From Kudoa neothunni (taxonomy: Eukaryota > Animalia > Cnidaria), in NCBI GenBank assembly GCA_964304625.1, contig OZ199838.1:14129160-14146860 (forward strand): DNA of 17,701 nt. Reading direction: 5' to 3'. Of the stretch, positions 1-11,563 are shown piece by piece; positions within the stretch are counted from its first letter, which is position 1, and every line of letters begins with the position of its first letter. The translations under genes and the position numbers were made by a program. The notes below the pieces were generated by a model that did no database searches, had not been told where the DNA came from, and worked only from the letters and a program-made list of their open reading frames with translations.

Positions 1-2732
1 ATTAGGAGGGCATTTTTGCAGAGATTCTTCTTCATTTTGAAAAGGATCACTGCCAGTATCATCTTCATTGGTTTTGTCAGTAGACTCAGATTTGGATATG
101 TATTTCTTATAAAATTGCAGTAATGATTCATTGTCATTGAGAGCAGGATACAATTCTTCATAAGAACGGTTGCTTGTGGAAAAACAATTGTTGCTGGGGT
201 GAGGTTGAGTAGGCTTGTGGAATTTCAGCGCAAAATCTACATATGCGTAAAGAGCCGTGTAACAGTAAAGGAACCCTTCATCTTGATAGTTCTCAATAAC
301 ACTCATAAACACTTCCACCAGTGGTTCAATTAACTCTCGGACGCATTGATCGCTGTCCTCTTCTACTAAGGCGACAAGGGATTTGAAAATAATGGGTGCA
401 TTATTGTTCCAAGAGAGGTAACGCATCTGTAGTGATATCTCATCGACAATCACTTCTTTGAAGTCCATCACTAATAGCGCCAAATTGTTATAACCAATAT
501 TGTTGGATATCGACGTCAAACAATCAAATGAAGCTTCACAAACCGAAGGAAAACCAGCGAGCGTACATCTCAACGTTAATAGAGTGTACAACACTCTAAC
601 GAAATAACAATCGATATATTTGGCGGAGAGTAGTTGACTGGATTCTCGTACAAAATTAAACACTTGAAAACACATATGAGGGATGTGATTAGTGGTGTGC
701 CAATTAAACATTAGGTCTCCATTAGTGGAATTGAGAGCGATTCCCAACTCTTGCAATACCATTTCATATTGAGGGGTGGGTTGACGGGGGCTGTACAACT
801 GATGGAACAATTCTTGTTGATCCCCAAATATGTAATCGTGTACAGTTTCGAGTAGACCATGTAAATAGTTGATATCCACATTGAGCGTAGTATTATTTGT
901 AGGAGTATCTTTTAATTTGGGGCCAGTTATATTAAACGCTTGCAAACAACGATTCACTATGTAAAGATATGGCCAATAGTCCGCTAGAGATTGATTTTCC
1001 ATAAATTCTGCGCATATCGAAGTTATATCTATAAAATAGCCCACATTCACCATCAGCTGCAACATCTAAAGAGAAACTCTCAATAAAAGTACTCAATACC
1101 ATTATAAATACATTCTCAATGATATCCATCTCAAATTTTTCCAACACACGTTTAATGTTGACTGTTTGCTTTAGTTGAATGGGGATTGGGTCTCTACGAG
1201 AGTGCACAACTTGTTCGCTGTTTAAGAGTTTAATTTGATTGGGTTTTGAATTGTCAAGCTGACCATATCCCACCAACTAAAACCAATAAATATATTCTTA
1301 AGATTAAGATTAAATTTACTTTTGCTAAAAATTCTATCAACCTTTTCAACAACTCGCGATCTACGCACAGATCGCCCTCCAACACTCTCAAACACACTGT
1401 TATCAATTTTAAGTTCTCAACAACACTGAGTTGGTGTTTTAAAATATTTTCTGATGATTTTTTGAACAATTTCGAATAATAGCTCATCATATGATGTTTA
1501 TTTTGGTCACAAATTGATGAATAGTAACTTAGACAACTTAAAACCAAGCTACAAACATCGTCAAAATCGGTTGTCAACAATTTTGTTGAAACATCAAAAA
1601 GTAAGTTATTTAAATTAAGTTGGTGGCAATTTCTAAAGTTATAATCTACGATTCCGGCCAATTGTAGGCACATCGTGTGATCGCAATCACGAAAAACCAA
1701 TGTAGTGATTTCCATAATTAATGAAGCTAATCTTTGAGTTGCCTCATTACTAGTGTTCTTAATTGACAGGTTGGAAATTTCTTCGGCTATAAAATCAAAT
1801 TTAACAATCAAATACAAATTTTAAAGCAACTAACTACATTTGGAACTAGAATCCGTGGGAATATCACCAATAGACTGCAAACAAGCCCATTGATCGTTGA
1901 GAAGCACCCCCAAGTAATAATAAAAACTGAGCAAACATTTTTGCTTCAATTTAAGCTTTGTGTAGGATTTATTTTTAAAAATATTCATCACAACACTCAA
2001 TACTCCAGGCAAAAATATCACTATTGATTTTGCTATCTTCCTAATAGTATTTATAAAGTTACTTTTCACACCAATTAATATACTTTTTAGTTGCACAACT
2101 TAAAGTAGTTTTTTTGGTTAAATATTTTGGTCCAAAATTGTAAAATTCCAAACATTGTTCAAAAACTTGAGTAGATCGGCTCGTCTCAACAATGAGTTTT
2201 GTTGTGGCACACATGTAACCATAGAAAGGGGCAGACGTGTTGTCCTCAAGCAATAGTCGGAATACAACTTCATTCTCTGCTATCAAACTATTCAATAACG
2301 CAATAATATGTTGTTTGATAGTGTCATTTTGCTTCACAGGTTTCAATTCACCATCCACATCATCCAAATCCACCAATAAATTTGTTACTATTCGTATAAC
2401 TCTCTTAAACAATTCCACGCTCTCTATTCTATTTGAACAAAAAAGATGTACTTCGAATATCCCCTAATAAAATTATATAACTTTATCAGTTCAGTTATGA
2501 TGATATTGATTTGTATAGTCTCGATAAATGAATGATGATAACTTTTTTTGTTAGCAGCATAAATAGGCAACAACGATGTGAACATTTCTACAAATAATTT
2601 GTCGTTCGTCACAGTTATATTCTTGTGTTGAAACTCTTCAAATTCTAACTTTATTTTTGATCCCAAGTTGCTGTTTGGAGTCACCATGTAAAACCCAATT
2701 AGCGTTCTTATCTTATTGAATGCTTTATCCAT
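1..2732 (-). CDS. TTI1: TELO2-interacting protein 1 (TTI1) homolog, 3'-partial. Exons 2732-2452, 2428-2063, 2040-1838 (or 1835), 1786-1320, 1276-1051, 1028-<1
   Basis: Five GT-AG introns (2429-2451, 2041-2062, 1787-1837, 1277-1319, 1029-1050) join the listed minus-strand ORFs and an unlisted open exon 1028-1 into one frame of about 857 codons. Motifs resembling TTI1 as I recall it: 'IVIFLPGVLS', and 'LYTLL...IGYNNLALLVMDFKEVIVDEISLQMRYL' (compare GYxSLxxLIxxNxDYLVxxISLxLRHL), followed by an acidic linker. Family call is by recall, not search. Confidence 0.75.
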
Positions 2733-3410
2733 TGTTGTCAACAGTTTCTACCTACACATAAGTAGGGCCGAAATTAGAATTTTTAAAATATTGTTGGTAT
2801 TTTTTAGATTAATATAAATAAATACATCAACTATTTCAATGATGGACGTTGTAACAGTCAAAATTGTAATGGAGTTAACTTTCGATACGCATGCGCCACA
2901 ACCTGTGATTCTTGAAAAATAATTTGATTATGAAATGTTTAATCATTAGATGCTAAATATGAATATAAACATAAATAAATGGGATAAAGATTAATTTTTT
3001 GGAATTTTTAAAACACACTCTTAGCATGCTATTCAATACAAAACTTTTGATCAGTGATTCTTAACCTTTCTTCTTGTGGACCCCTAATATGTTCAATGAG
3101 CATATCATGAACCCAATCTTGTTTCAACGCATAATGCATAATAAATATAAACATTTCAACCCTTACGTTCCCATTGTTCATTTTAGTAAACCGGTTAAAA
3201 AAGATATAAAATTATTGCTAAATTGTTTATTTTTAACAAAATAAAATTCAAATTGTATATAATTTTAATATTTGTTTAATTTAAAAAATTCACGATACAA
3301 AAAAATTAGGAACGGAATAGTAAACTTAGATAAATAATCTACGTTAACCCTAATTTTATTAAAATATTTATTATTTAAATTAACTCCTGAACACCTGAAG
3401 AAAAAAATTA

Positions 3411-4289
3411 CACGAATACCTGGAGGTGGCCAATGTGACCGCATGCGAAAATTAATTCAAATAATAGAAATCGTTACACCCAAGGTTAGGAACATAATCA
3501 CTTACGTTATTTTTTACATCCTAAAATAAAATAAACTTAAACAAATATATCAATGATGTATTTTTGTGACGTTTATTTGCGCAAGCGCGACGAATAGGGA
3601 TAATTTTGCCTGTTTATACTTTGAATAGCGCGAAAAATTAGAAATAAACTTTTTTATTGTTTTATTTTCCTCATTTTCTTGTTGTTATTATTAATATTAT
3701 TATTATCATTTTAACGGCAAATGTTTTCTTTTATTCTCAAAATCCATGATTTTATTAAGAAATCTCTTCCTCTGTTTACAGAAATATGTTAAATATATGT
3801 AGTCTAGGGATCTTTAGGTCTCGAATTTTTAAGTTGTGATAGGATGGTCCAAATTAAACTTTAAACAACTATATTTAACTTTGTGCTTTTTGTTGATATG
3901 TAATTTAACAATATTATTATATTCGCGATTCCCATGCTAGATTAAATTAGTTAACCGAATCAAGTTGTTATAGAAACAAAAAAATGAATTTTAAACAATT
4001 TTCTTGCTTCAAAGTACATTTATAATGTTTATTTTACTGCAGAAAAGCCTTTTTATATATTTTAAATATTTAAACGTTATTATTTATATGATGGGCATGT
4101 TCAGGTATTCGCGTCACTTTTTTTCATTTTTTGATTTTAAGCGAAAAAATTATACTTAAACTCCAGTATTGAAGGATTTTTGTAAGAACCAATATACTCT
4201 AAAATACATCTAGGGAAAAGTGGAAATAATATATTTGATAAAAGTTATTGATATAATAAGCGCTGATTAGCCACCTCCAGGTATTCGTG
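3411..4289. mobile_element. Putative non-autonomous DNA transposon (~880 bp) with 24-bp TIRs, CAC...GTG termini
   Basis: 3411-3434 CACGAATACCTGGAGGTGGCCAAT matches the reverse complement of 4266-4289 at 23/24. Flanks AATTA (3406-3410) and GATTA (4290-4294) look like a 5-bp TSD with one mismatch. No internal ORF. Confidence 0.65.
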
Positions 4290-5224
4290 GATTAATTATA
4301 TAGTGGTTTTAAAATACGCACTAAAATTTTTAATCGTTAAGACCAATTAGTTTTGGTATTAAAACAATAAGCTAACAACCATGAAATCCTTATCAGTAAT
4401 TTTTTTATAAATTATTAAAATTATAACGAAATATAGGCAATGATGCATAATATTTAAAATAAAAAGTTCAATCAAATAGGTTGAATTATTATATATACAT
4501 GCGTAAACATTTAAACGTAACATCAATAGAAAATTTCTAAATGAAAAATTCTCGTAAATTCATCAAAATATCTTTGATATACAAATTCTCTATTGCCGTA
4601 AATTATTGTATTTATTATAATAAAGAGTTTAAGCAAACGAAGGATCATTATCAATAGAATGCGAGATTAACGCAAATGAAATATTTTTTATATAAATAAT
4701 AGACATTAAGAAATATTTGAGGAGATTTTTGTAATTTCTTGTTGTCAATAAGTTCACAGAATTCTAACAAAGCATTTGAGAAAGCAACGCGCATATAAGT
4801 GATATTGTGACTTAGTTTTTATGGTCACCAGTGTGGAAATCCAGTTTCGCAATAATAGAATAGACTGTTGTAAAAGGAGTAATCATTCTAATTTCATAGT
4901 CTGCAACATTAAGAAGTATTTTTAGTTTTTATCAAATAATCTATTGAATAACTTTTGTTTTTATAGGTGTTTTTAAAAAATAAATTATAACACAAAGAAA
5001 TTTCGTAATAAATATAAAATATAAGAAACAATAACGCAAGGGTATGTTCGAAATTTTTAGTAATTACGCTAATATTAAAAAATACCAAATTATAATGAAT
5101 GTATGACGATAAAATTAGATTCAGATTTTAGTGAAACCACTCATGGGCCCCAGGTTAAGAACTGCTGCCTCTGATGAAGACGATGATGTCCGTGCGTGCG
5201 CAGCCGAACTATTTTAAGACGTAG

Positions 5225-6402
5225 ATGAAGCGACAGAAAGAATTTTTTCTGCTGTCCAACAAAAAAAGCCTTTTCGAAAATAGCGAGGACAGTAACGAAG
5301 AAAAAATTCTAGACATAAAATTGTATTATTATGAGGCAGAAAGATGTTATTAGTTTGTTATAGAGCACCGCCTTTGCTGATTAACGACGATGACTCTGAC
5401 CAAGACGAATTGGAAGAATTTCTTAGGAAAAATTCTCAAGATAAAAAAAAATTTTCTTCCGAACCTAAAGCCAATAAAATGTTTGATAAAGAACTGAATT
5501 TGATGGATATAAAATCTTCGAAAAATCATTGGCATAAAAATGATGGTGATGCCGATAGTGTGATTATTGTTGATGATAGCTTGATAAATGAGTTTTCCAT
5601 CGACGATGAGTCTTTTTTTAATCACAGTTTTGAATGTGTTGGTAACCCTCAGCTAACCGATAAAATTGTATTCATATTTTCAAAATAAGTTGGCTGTAAT
5701 TGTTGTGTAGAGAAATCGTCGTAAAGTGAAAACTGCGCCGAAGAAAAGAACCAGAGAAACACAAATTGAAAAAAATCTTAAAAAACTCGCTCAACCTCCA
5801 ACTATCAACGCTATTAAGACACAAAATTACGCACCTGAATTTAATGAAACTGTTAAAATCAATATTATGGTTATGGTTTTTTTCAAAGGCGTTACAAAAA
5901 AATATCTCCTCGATAACCAACAACCTTTGATTGAGTCTCTTACACCAAAAATCAGAGAAAACTATCCCGAAATTTCTGATACTCCATTACATTTCTTTAA
6001 GTTCTACGATGAAGATAATAAACTGCTTGATTTTTCTAAAAATCCTGAAACTCTTCAACTTAAATATGCTGATTCTATTGGTATTTTTGGAGGGATTTGT
6101 GATGTAATTTGATTGTAGATTGTATTATTGTACCCTCCGAAGGAAATGAGGAAGATTTCCGAACTGATATGATCAGTGTGAAATTCCAAGATGGTTCCAA
6201 GCATCCGCTAATCTTAAAAACTAAACCAGCAGACCCATTGGGTCCGTTATTTGAAAAATATTTATACAAAACCAACAAATCCTCTGATCTAATTAAATTC
6301 TATTTTGATGGGGATCAACTCTCCAACAATCAATCCCCCTGCGATATCGATATGGATGAAGACTTTGGTATTGATGTAGTTTTTGTAAAGACCAATATTT
6401 AG
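5225..6402 (+). CDS. NFATC2IP: NFATC2-interacting protein / Rad60-Esc2-Nip45 (RENi) family, two C-terminal SUMO-like domains, ~351 aa. Exons 5225-5322, 5364-5667, 5711-6080, 6119-6402
   Basis: Introns of 41, 43 and 38 nt join the ORFs in frame. Acidic low-complexity N-terminus. SLD1 ends 'PETLQLKYADSIDCII'; SLD2 reads 'IKFYFDGDQLSNNQSPCDIDMDEDFGIDV' and has no terminal di-glycine. Start uncertain: an upstream exon from the ATG at 5143 is possible. Confidence 0.8.
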
Positions 6403-6768
6403 AATTGTGTGCTATTGTAGAATTGTTATTTGTTGATTTTATATATACTGACTTTTCTTTTTAATAATTCTATTTGTTTGTCGAGTGCCAATTTTTCTTT
6501 TGTTGTTATGTTGTATATTAATTCAGCGATTCAATATCTGTGATGGATTGGAGTGGAGTTAATACAATTGTTTCAAGACATGTGCTTTGCTTAATTTAGT
6601 TTATAGAGTAATTCGTTAGTGAACTGATATATTTTCAAAATTGTCGAGTATAGTGTATTAATTATTAGAATGCTTTTACTAGATGAGGTATGATTTTAGT
6701 TATTTAAGAGATTGGTGTTCTTATTTGATAAAGGTTGTCATTGTTAGATTGCGTTTGAGACATATTTC

Positions 6769-9700
6769 CTTTATTTACCGTTCAACAATTTACATTTTTC
6801 TTTTAAGTATTTTTAGATTTTGTAAATTATAAAATGTTGAATTAGATATGAACATTGACTTATAAACTATTTAAGAATTTAGAGAATAAAAATATACACA
6901 TTCCTGAGTTTAAATACTAGAATTTATATGAATTAATTTAAATTTATTCTATTTATTATAATGGATATGTAGCTAAAAAAATATGTTCAACAATATCCGT
7001 TTAATATTTAATTGATAAGTATATACGATGATTATTTCGATTAGATTCATACTATTTAATTATATATGATTTTCCGTTATACTGTCGTTTTATTCATGAC
7101 GGGAATATTTATATTTAATCTTATTTTAATTTTATTAATTAATATGAGACCATTTGTACACATTTTTTTATTGGTGGCAGTTTTGATATGTACATATTAC
7201 TATTGTTTTCATTAGTTCATATCATTCATAGACGCCCATGGTTATTCCGTCAATGCAACCACGTCAACAGCTGTAATTGTTGTGAAAGCTCTCTCCTATA
7301 AAATTATAGATGAGTCTGGTAAAAAAGTAAAACTGACATTGAGTGGTACTGATTATGGTGCTAACAAGCATTGTCTCATAAAGAAGGGCAGTAGTGCTTT
7401 AACTGAATATGAGGACATTGACATAAACACAAGTCAGGTTGATAACAAAAGTGTAATTAGTTGCAACAGTGCTGATATTAAATTGACATATGAAAAACTC
7501 TCCCCAAGAAACAAGTATATATATGTTTTCAAAGCAGAATCCGATTCAGGTGCTAAAGCTGGTGTAAAGGGAGGAAATGTTTTTGGATTTGAAATACGTA
7601 TATAAATATCTAGGAATAGCATTTATTTATCTTATCGTTATTTAGCATTATTGGTAAATCCTCAGGTAGAAATATCAATAGAAACTCAAAAATTGAAATT
7701 TTCTACTAAAACTTGTAATCCAGTTACCTGCCCTGTTAAATACAAAAAGGAACAATACAACGCCGGGCAAGCTGCAGCTGACTGCGCCCAAGCTAGTGAC
7801 GTCGAAGTAGAATTTGATTTGATGATTCCATATTATGAAATGCAATGTGATAAGTATCCAAGCTTCTTTTATCATATGCCAAATGCATACATGAAAAAAG
7901 AAATTGACGTTTTTAAACCACAATATTATGTAGCCTTTAAATCAAATACTGATCAAACCAAATACAATATTCAATTTACAAACAAGTTCCCAACTGAAAT
8001 TTGCCGTTTTGGTATTAGAGATACTACTGCTACAGGAACTTCATTTTCACATGTTTGTGGACCTGAAGGAAAAGAATGTTACGCACCCTGTGATAATGTT
8101 CAGCTAACTCTTACCCCATCAAAAGTTCTTGTTGATATTTCAATCCAAACCAGACACCATAATATAAAATTAATGGATAATAATTATGATGGATATAAAT
8201 CGACTAAATTTGGTATGTTATAACAAATTTTATTATTTTTAAACTATATATATATAGCCATTGTTGAGCCAGAAGGTGGTTTGTTGAAAAATATAATAAG
8301 TACCGGAGTTACGCTAAATGCATCTCCTTTTAAACTGAGTAGTACACCTTCATTTACTACCTGCACCATAAAACACTTCGAAGCTGATAAACCAAGACCG
8401 AATGCTAGAGGAGGTACAACAACAAAATGCAATGCTTCCGCTTGTGCAATAACATGTGATGCTAGTCTAACAATTAAAGAGTTACCCGAAGGAAAACCAA
8501 TGATGATTGAAATAGAATCTGGAATTAATAACCCAGAAAACTTTAATGAATACTTATTTGTAAGAACAAGTAAATTTGATTTCAAAAATAAAACGTATAT
8601 TAATTTGTTAATGTAGAAAACAACGAAAATAAAGTATTTAACACTGCCAATCCAACAGCAACTCAATCAACAATTGTAATTAAAGCATTAGAAGGTGATG
8701 AAGATAACACCACAAACCAACCCACTTGTTCCTATTACATAAGCATAACAGGAAAAAATGAATTCGTTGATGCACATTGTGCCGATAGCTACCCTTGCAG
8801 AGGCCATTGCAAGGAGTCAAAAACTATCATTAACCTTACCCTAGGATCAACTTATGACATCAAAGTTATTGCACACAAGGAATTTGCACCGAAAACATAC
8901 ACCGGAATTAAAAGTAATATTTTTATTCTTATAAATGAATATTATTGATTATGATAAGATTTGTTAACACTTTCCCTCACATCAAATTTCTTGGATAAAG
9001 GATTCAAAGTTGTTGGAACCTTATCTATTCCTGATCCGGATGCGAAATGCGAATTTAAACTCCAGAGAAAAGATCAAACATTTAAGGATGTTTTAGTTTG
9101 TCCTCCAACTATTTCAACTCCAAAAACAAGCGTTACATCTAGAATAGTAGAGGGCAAGCTAAATAATGCTGTTGAAGATTCAACTAATTCTGTTAAAAAA
9201 TTAACTTTACCATCTGCATCCGATGAAATGAAAGTTGCGAGAGCAGGAAACCCCTCCTCCGATCCAACCACACCTACAACACCATCAACAAACATTGCTG
9301 TACAATTTCCACCATGCATCCAGGCACCATTATGCAATCATATTGTTGTGAGTGAAGGGTATGAAGCAGATAAAGAATATAAATTGTTAGTTACAGCTAT
9401 TGGAAGGTCAGAAGAGGTATCTATAACTATATCGAAAAGTAATATTATTTTCAATTTTATTCTTTACCAATTATGAAATATATTGATATATTTAATTCAC
9501 ATATTGTTATAAATTATATTTTAAATCATTCGCATTATAAACTTTTTCATTTAGATCCATCACTCGTATCCAATGAGGACGTGAATAAACAAATAGATAT
9601 AGTGATCGTACGCGACGATAAAACACTACAAGTTAAGACCATTCTACCTCCGGGTTCGGATGAAAATTCTTCGTGCAAATGGGAATTAATGGAATGGGAT

Positions 9701-10398
9701 AATGTTGCTAAACCAGTTGTGAAAAAATGCATGGTTGTTAGTCAAGATTGTGCCGCTTTTCCATCTTGTAAGGATATCTCAATTTCGGATGTTGAAGATA
9801 GCAATGATTACCGTGTAAGGGTAATTCATAGCATTGATGGGACAATTTTTGGAACTGCTATAATAAAAAGAGGTATTTATTAAATTATTATATTTTCATA
9901 ATTTTTATAATTAATAAATAGGCGAAACATCGAACAAATCAACGTAATTTCACGTATATGTTACAATTTTTAGATATTTTTTAGGTCAAAGAATACAATG
10001 TAGTTCACGTTTAATTTATCTTACTAATTTTTCCACTCAGGATAGTTGCAATTGTGGTTCCGGTTGTAATAATGATAATTGGAATAGGATTCTATTTCGG
10101 ATACATGAAAAATAAAAATTAATTATTCATGATTCAATTATATACAATGGTTGAATTTTAATTTTTTACTGAGATTTGGTTATTTTTAATATTTTATTGG
10201 TATGTTTACATTAATTATTATTTTTTCTATTATATCTAATAACACGCATTCAAAATTCTTATTCTTTGAATGAGATATATTATTTCGTATCAATGAAACA
10301 TTTATTAGGATCAAAATTTATATAACAAAGAATAATATAAATATTATTGAAATTAATGTCAACAAAGTAGTTATTGCAATAATCTGTTTTTTATCTAA
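6769..10398 (+). repeat. Segmental duplication, copy A: promoter, membrane protein gene and 3' exon of the syntaxin gene
   Basis: Aligns co-linearly with 13925-17701, offset 7156 at the start (CTTTATTTACCG at 6769 and 13925). Similarity continues to the window end. Confidence 0.95.
7144..10122 (+). CDS. Uncharacterised type I membrane protein, copy A (~834 aa): signal peptide, ~7 Cys-containing FN3-like modules, TM helix, very short tail. Exons 7144-7189, 7232-7597, 7646-8212, 8258-8569, 8617-8913, 8959-9438, 9555-9872, 9922-9943, 9985-9999, 10041-10122
   Basis: Nine GT-AG introns give an uninterrupted 2505-nt frame. N-terminus MRPFVHIFLLVAVLIYAHG is signal-peptide-like. C-terminus IVAIVVPVVIMIIGIGFYFGYMKNKN* is a TM helix plus tail. 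FN3-like motifs such as 'IINLTLGSTYDIKVIA'. Exon structure is conserved in copy B. Confidence 0.85.
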
Positions 10399-11253
10399 CA
10401 CAAAATTGTTAAGATTTAAACAATTAAAATGTTACTTTTTATTTTGTTCTGTACGTCAGTTAATTTCCCAATTAAATTTTTTGTAATCATTTCTTGTTTC
10501 ATGCATTCTTCCTCAATATTGGTAATTAACCTAATCAAATATTAATTTCAACAGTTTAAATTTAAATTAACTCGTTTTGTTCGCTAAGTTCATTGTTCAT
10601 CTCTATGCCAATATATTTTAGTCTGCTAACGCCCTTGTTTATTTGCGAAAGGTAGTTATTATCAATATTTTCTAGATTCTATATTTTTATTAGTTGTGAC
10701 ATGTTGAGAAATATTTGTATGAATTTACAACGTAGGTAGTTATATTCTCCTATATATAATGTTCCAGAAATGTTTCAGAAATATTTATTAATTACTTTTG
10801 TATTATTTGTTCCAATAGAATTTAATTGTAGTGTAATTTGTTGAAGAATTTCCTTTCTGTGCATTATTTCATCTTTGTCAATATCAGGGAATTTATCTAC
10901 ATGCGAAATGTATGTCACAACATCATCTACAGCGTAAGATTTATAACTTTGGTTATTTATCACTATATTTACAGTGTTCTGTAAAGATTGGATTTCTTTC
11001 TTCAAATCAGCCAAACAACTATTTGAATTCTGATCATTTAAATTTGATCGGGTATCCAAAAATAAATTTATTCTATCCTTGACATCGCTATTTTTAAAAC
11101 TTAGTCATAAATTCATTGATTTCTGCCAAATTATTTTTGTTTGGTGAATTTTAACAAAAAGGCCTACCTGTATACATCGTAGAATGGATCTTTCACGTTT
11201 ATGTTTACACCACGAGAAGGAACGATCCCACTAATTGCAAAACTCTGTGTCAT
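10318..11253 (-). CDS. STX6: Syntaxin-6/10 (Tlg1)-like Qc-SNARE, ~225 aa. Exons 11253-11168, 11087-10796, 10749-10729, 10678-10572, 10530-10436, 10394-10318
   Basis: Spliced frame is intact (678 nt). N-terminal 'KDPFYDVYSDVKDRIN' resembles the Syntaxin-6_N DPF motif. SNARE helix 'LSQINKGVSRLKYIGIEMNNELSEQNELITNI' has the central Q. C-terminal tail-anchor TM 'IIAITTLLTLISIIFILFFVI*'. A small extra 5' exon near 11337-11345 is possible. Confidence 0.8.
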
Positions 11254-11492
11254 TATTCGTTTAATCTATAATAAATAACACTTTTGTTTGTTTTAGCGTC
11301 GTTTAATATTATTAAAAATTTCAATACTAACATTACTATTCTCATACGTTTCCTTCAAATTTTCCAGATGTTATAACATATTCAAATTCCCAAACAATAA
11401 CTAATTATAAATTTGTATAAAGAATTTCTTGAAATAAATTTAAATTCTGTATTCAATGTATACTCTTAGTCTAGTGTATGATCCCACTAAAA

Positions 11493-11563
11493 CAGCGTTT
11501 CCCTTTTATTTTTTCCCCGCACCCCCAATGATTTCTTCATGCACCCCCTATAGGGAAACCCTG
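11493..11563. mobile_element. 71-bp hAT MITE (Buster/Charlie-like)
   Basis: TIRs CAGCGTTTCCCT and AGGGAAACCCTG match at 11/12. Perfect 8-bp TSD CACTAAAA at 11485-11492 and 11564-11571 fits the Buster nnnTAnnn target consensus. Internal GCACCCCC motif occurs twice. Confidence 0.85.

Noticed and set aside
2464-2481. 18-nt GT-AG candidate intron in TTI1
   Set aside because: In frame and stop-free, so it is not required and cannot be supported without cDNA.
2870-3182. Minus-strand 50-codon ORF (MNNGNVRVEM...) with intron-like GT-AG segments upstream of TTI1
   Set aside because: No splice combination I tried gave a convincing protein. It may be UTR or non-coding; unsupported.
10108-10122. C-terminal KNKN as a dilysine ER-retrieval signal
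   Set aside because: Lysines are at -4 and -2, not the canonical -3/-4 or -3/-5 positions.
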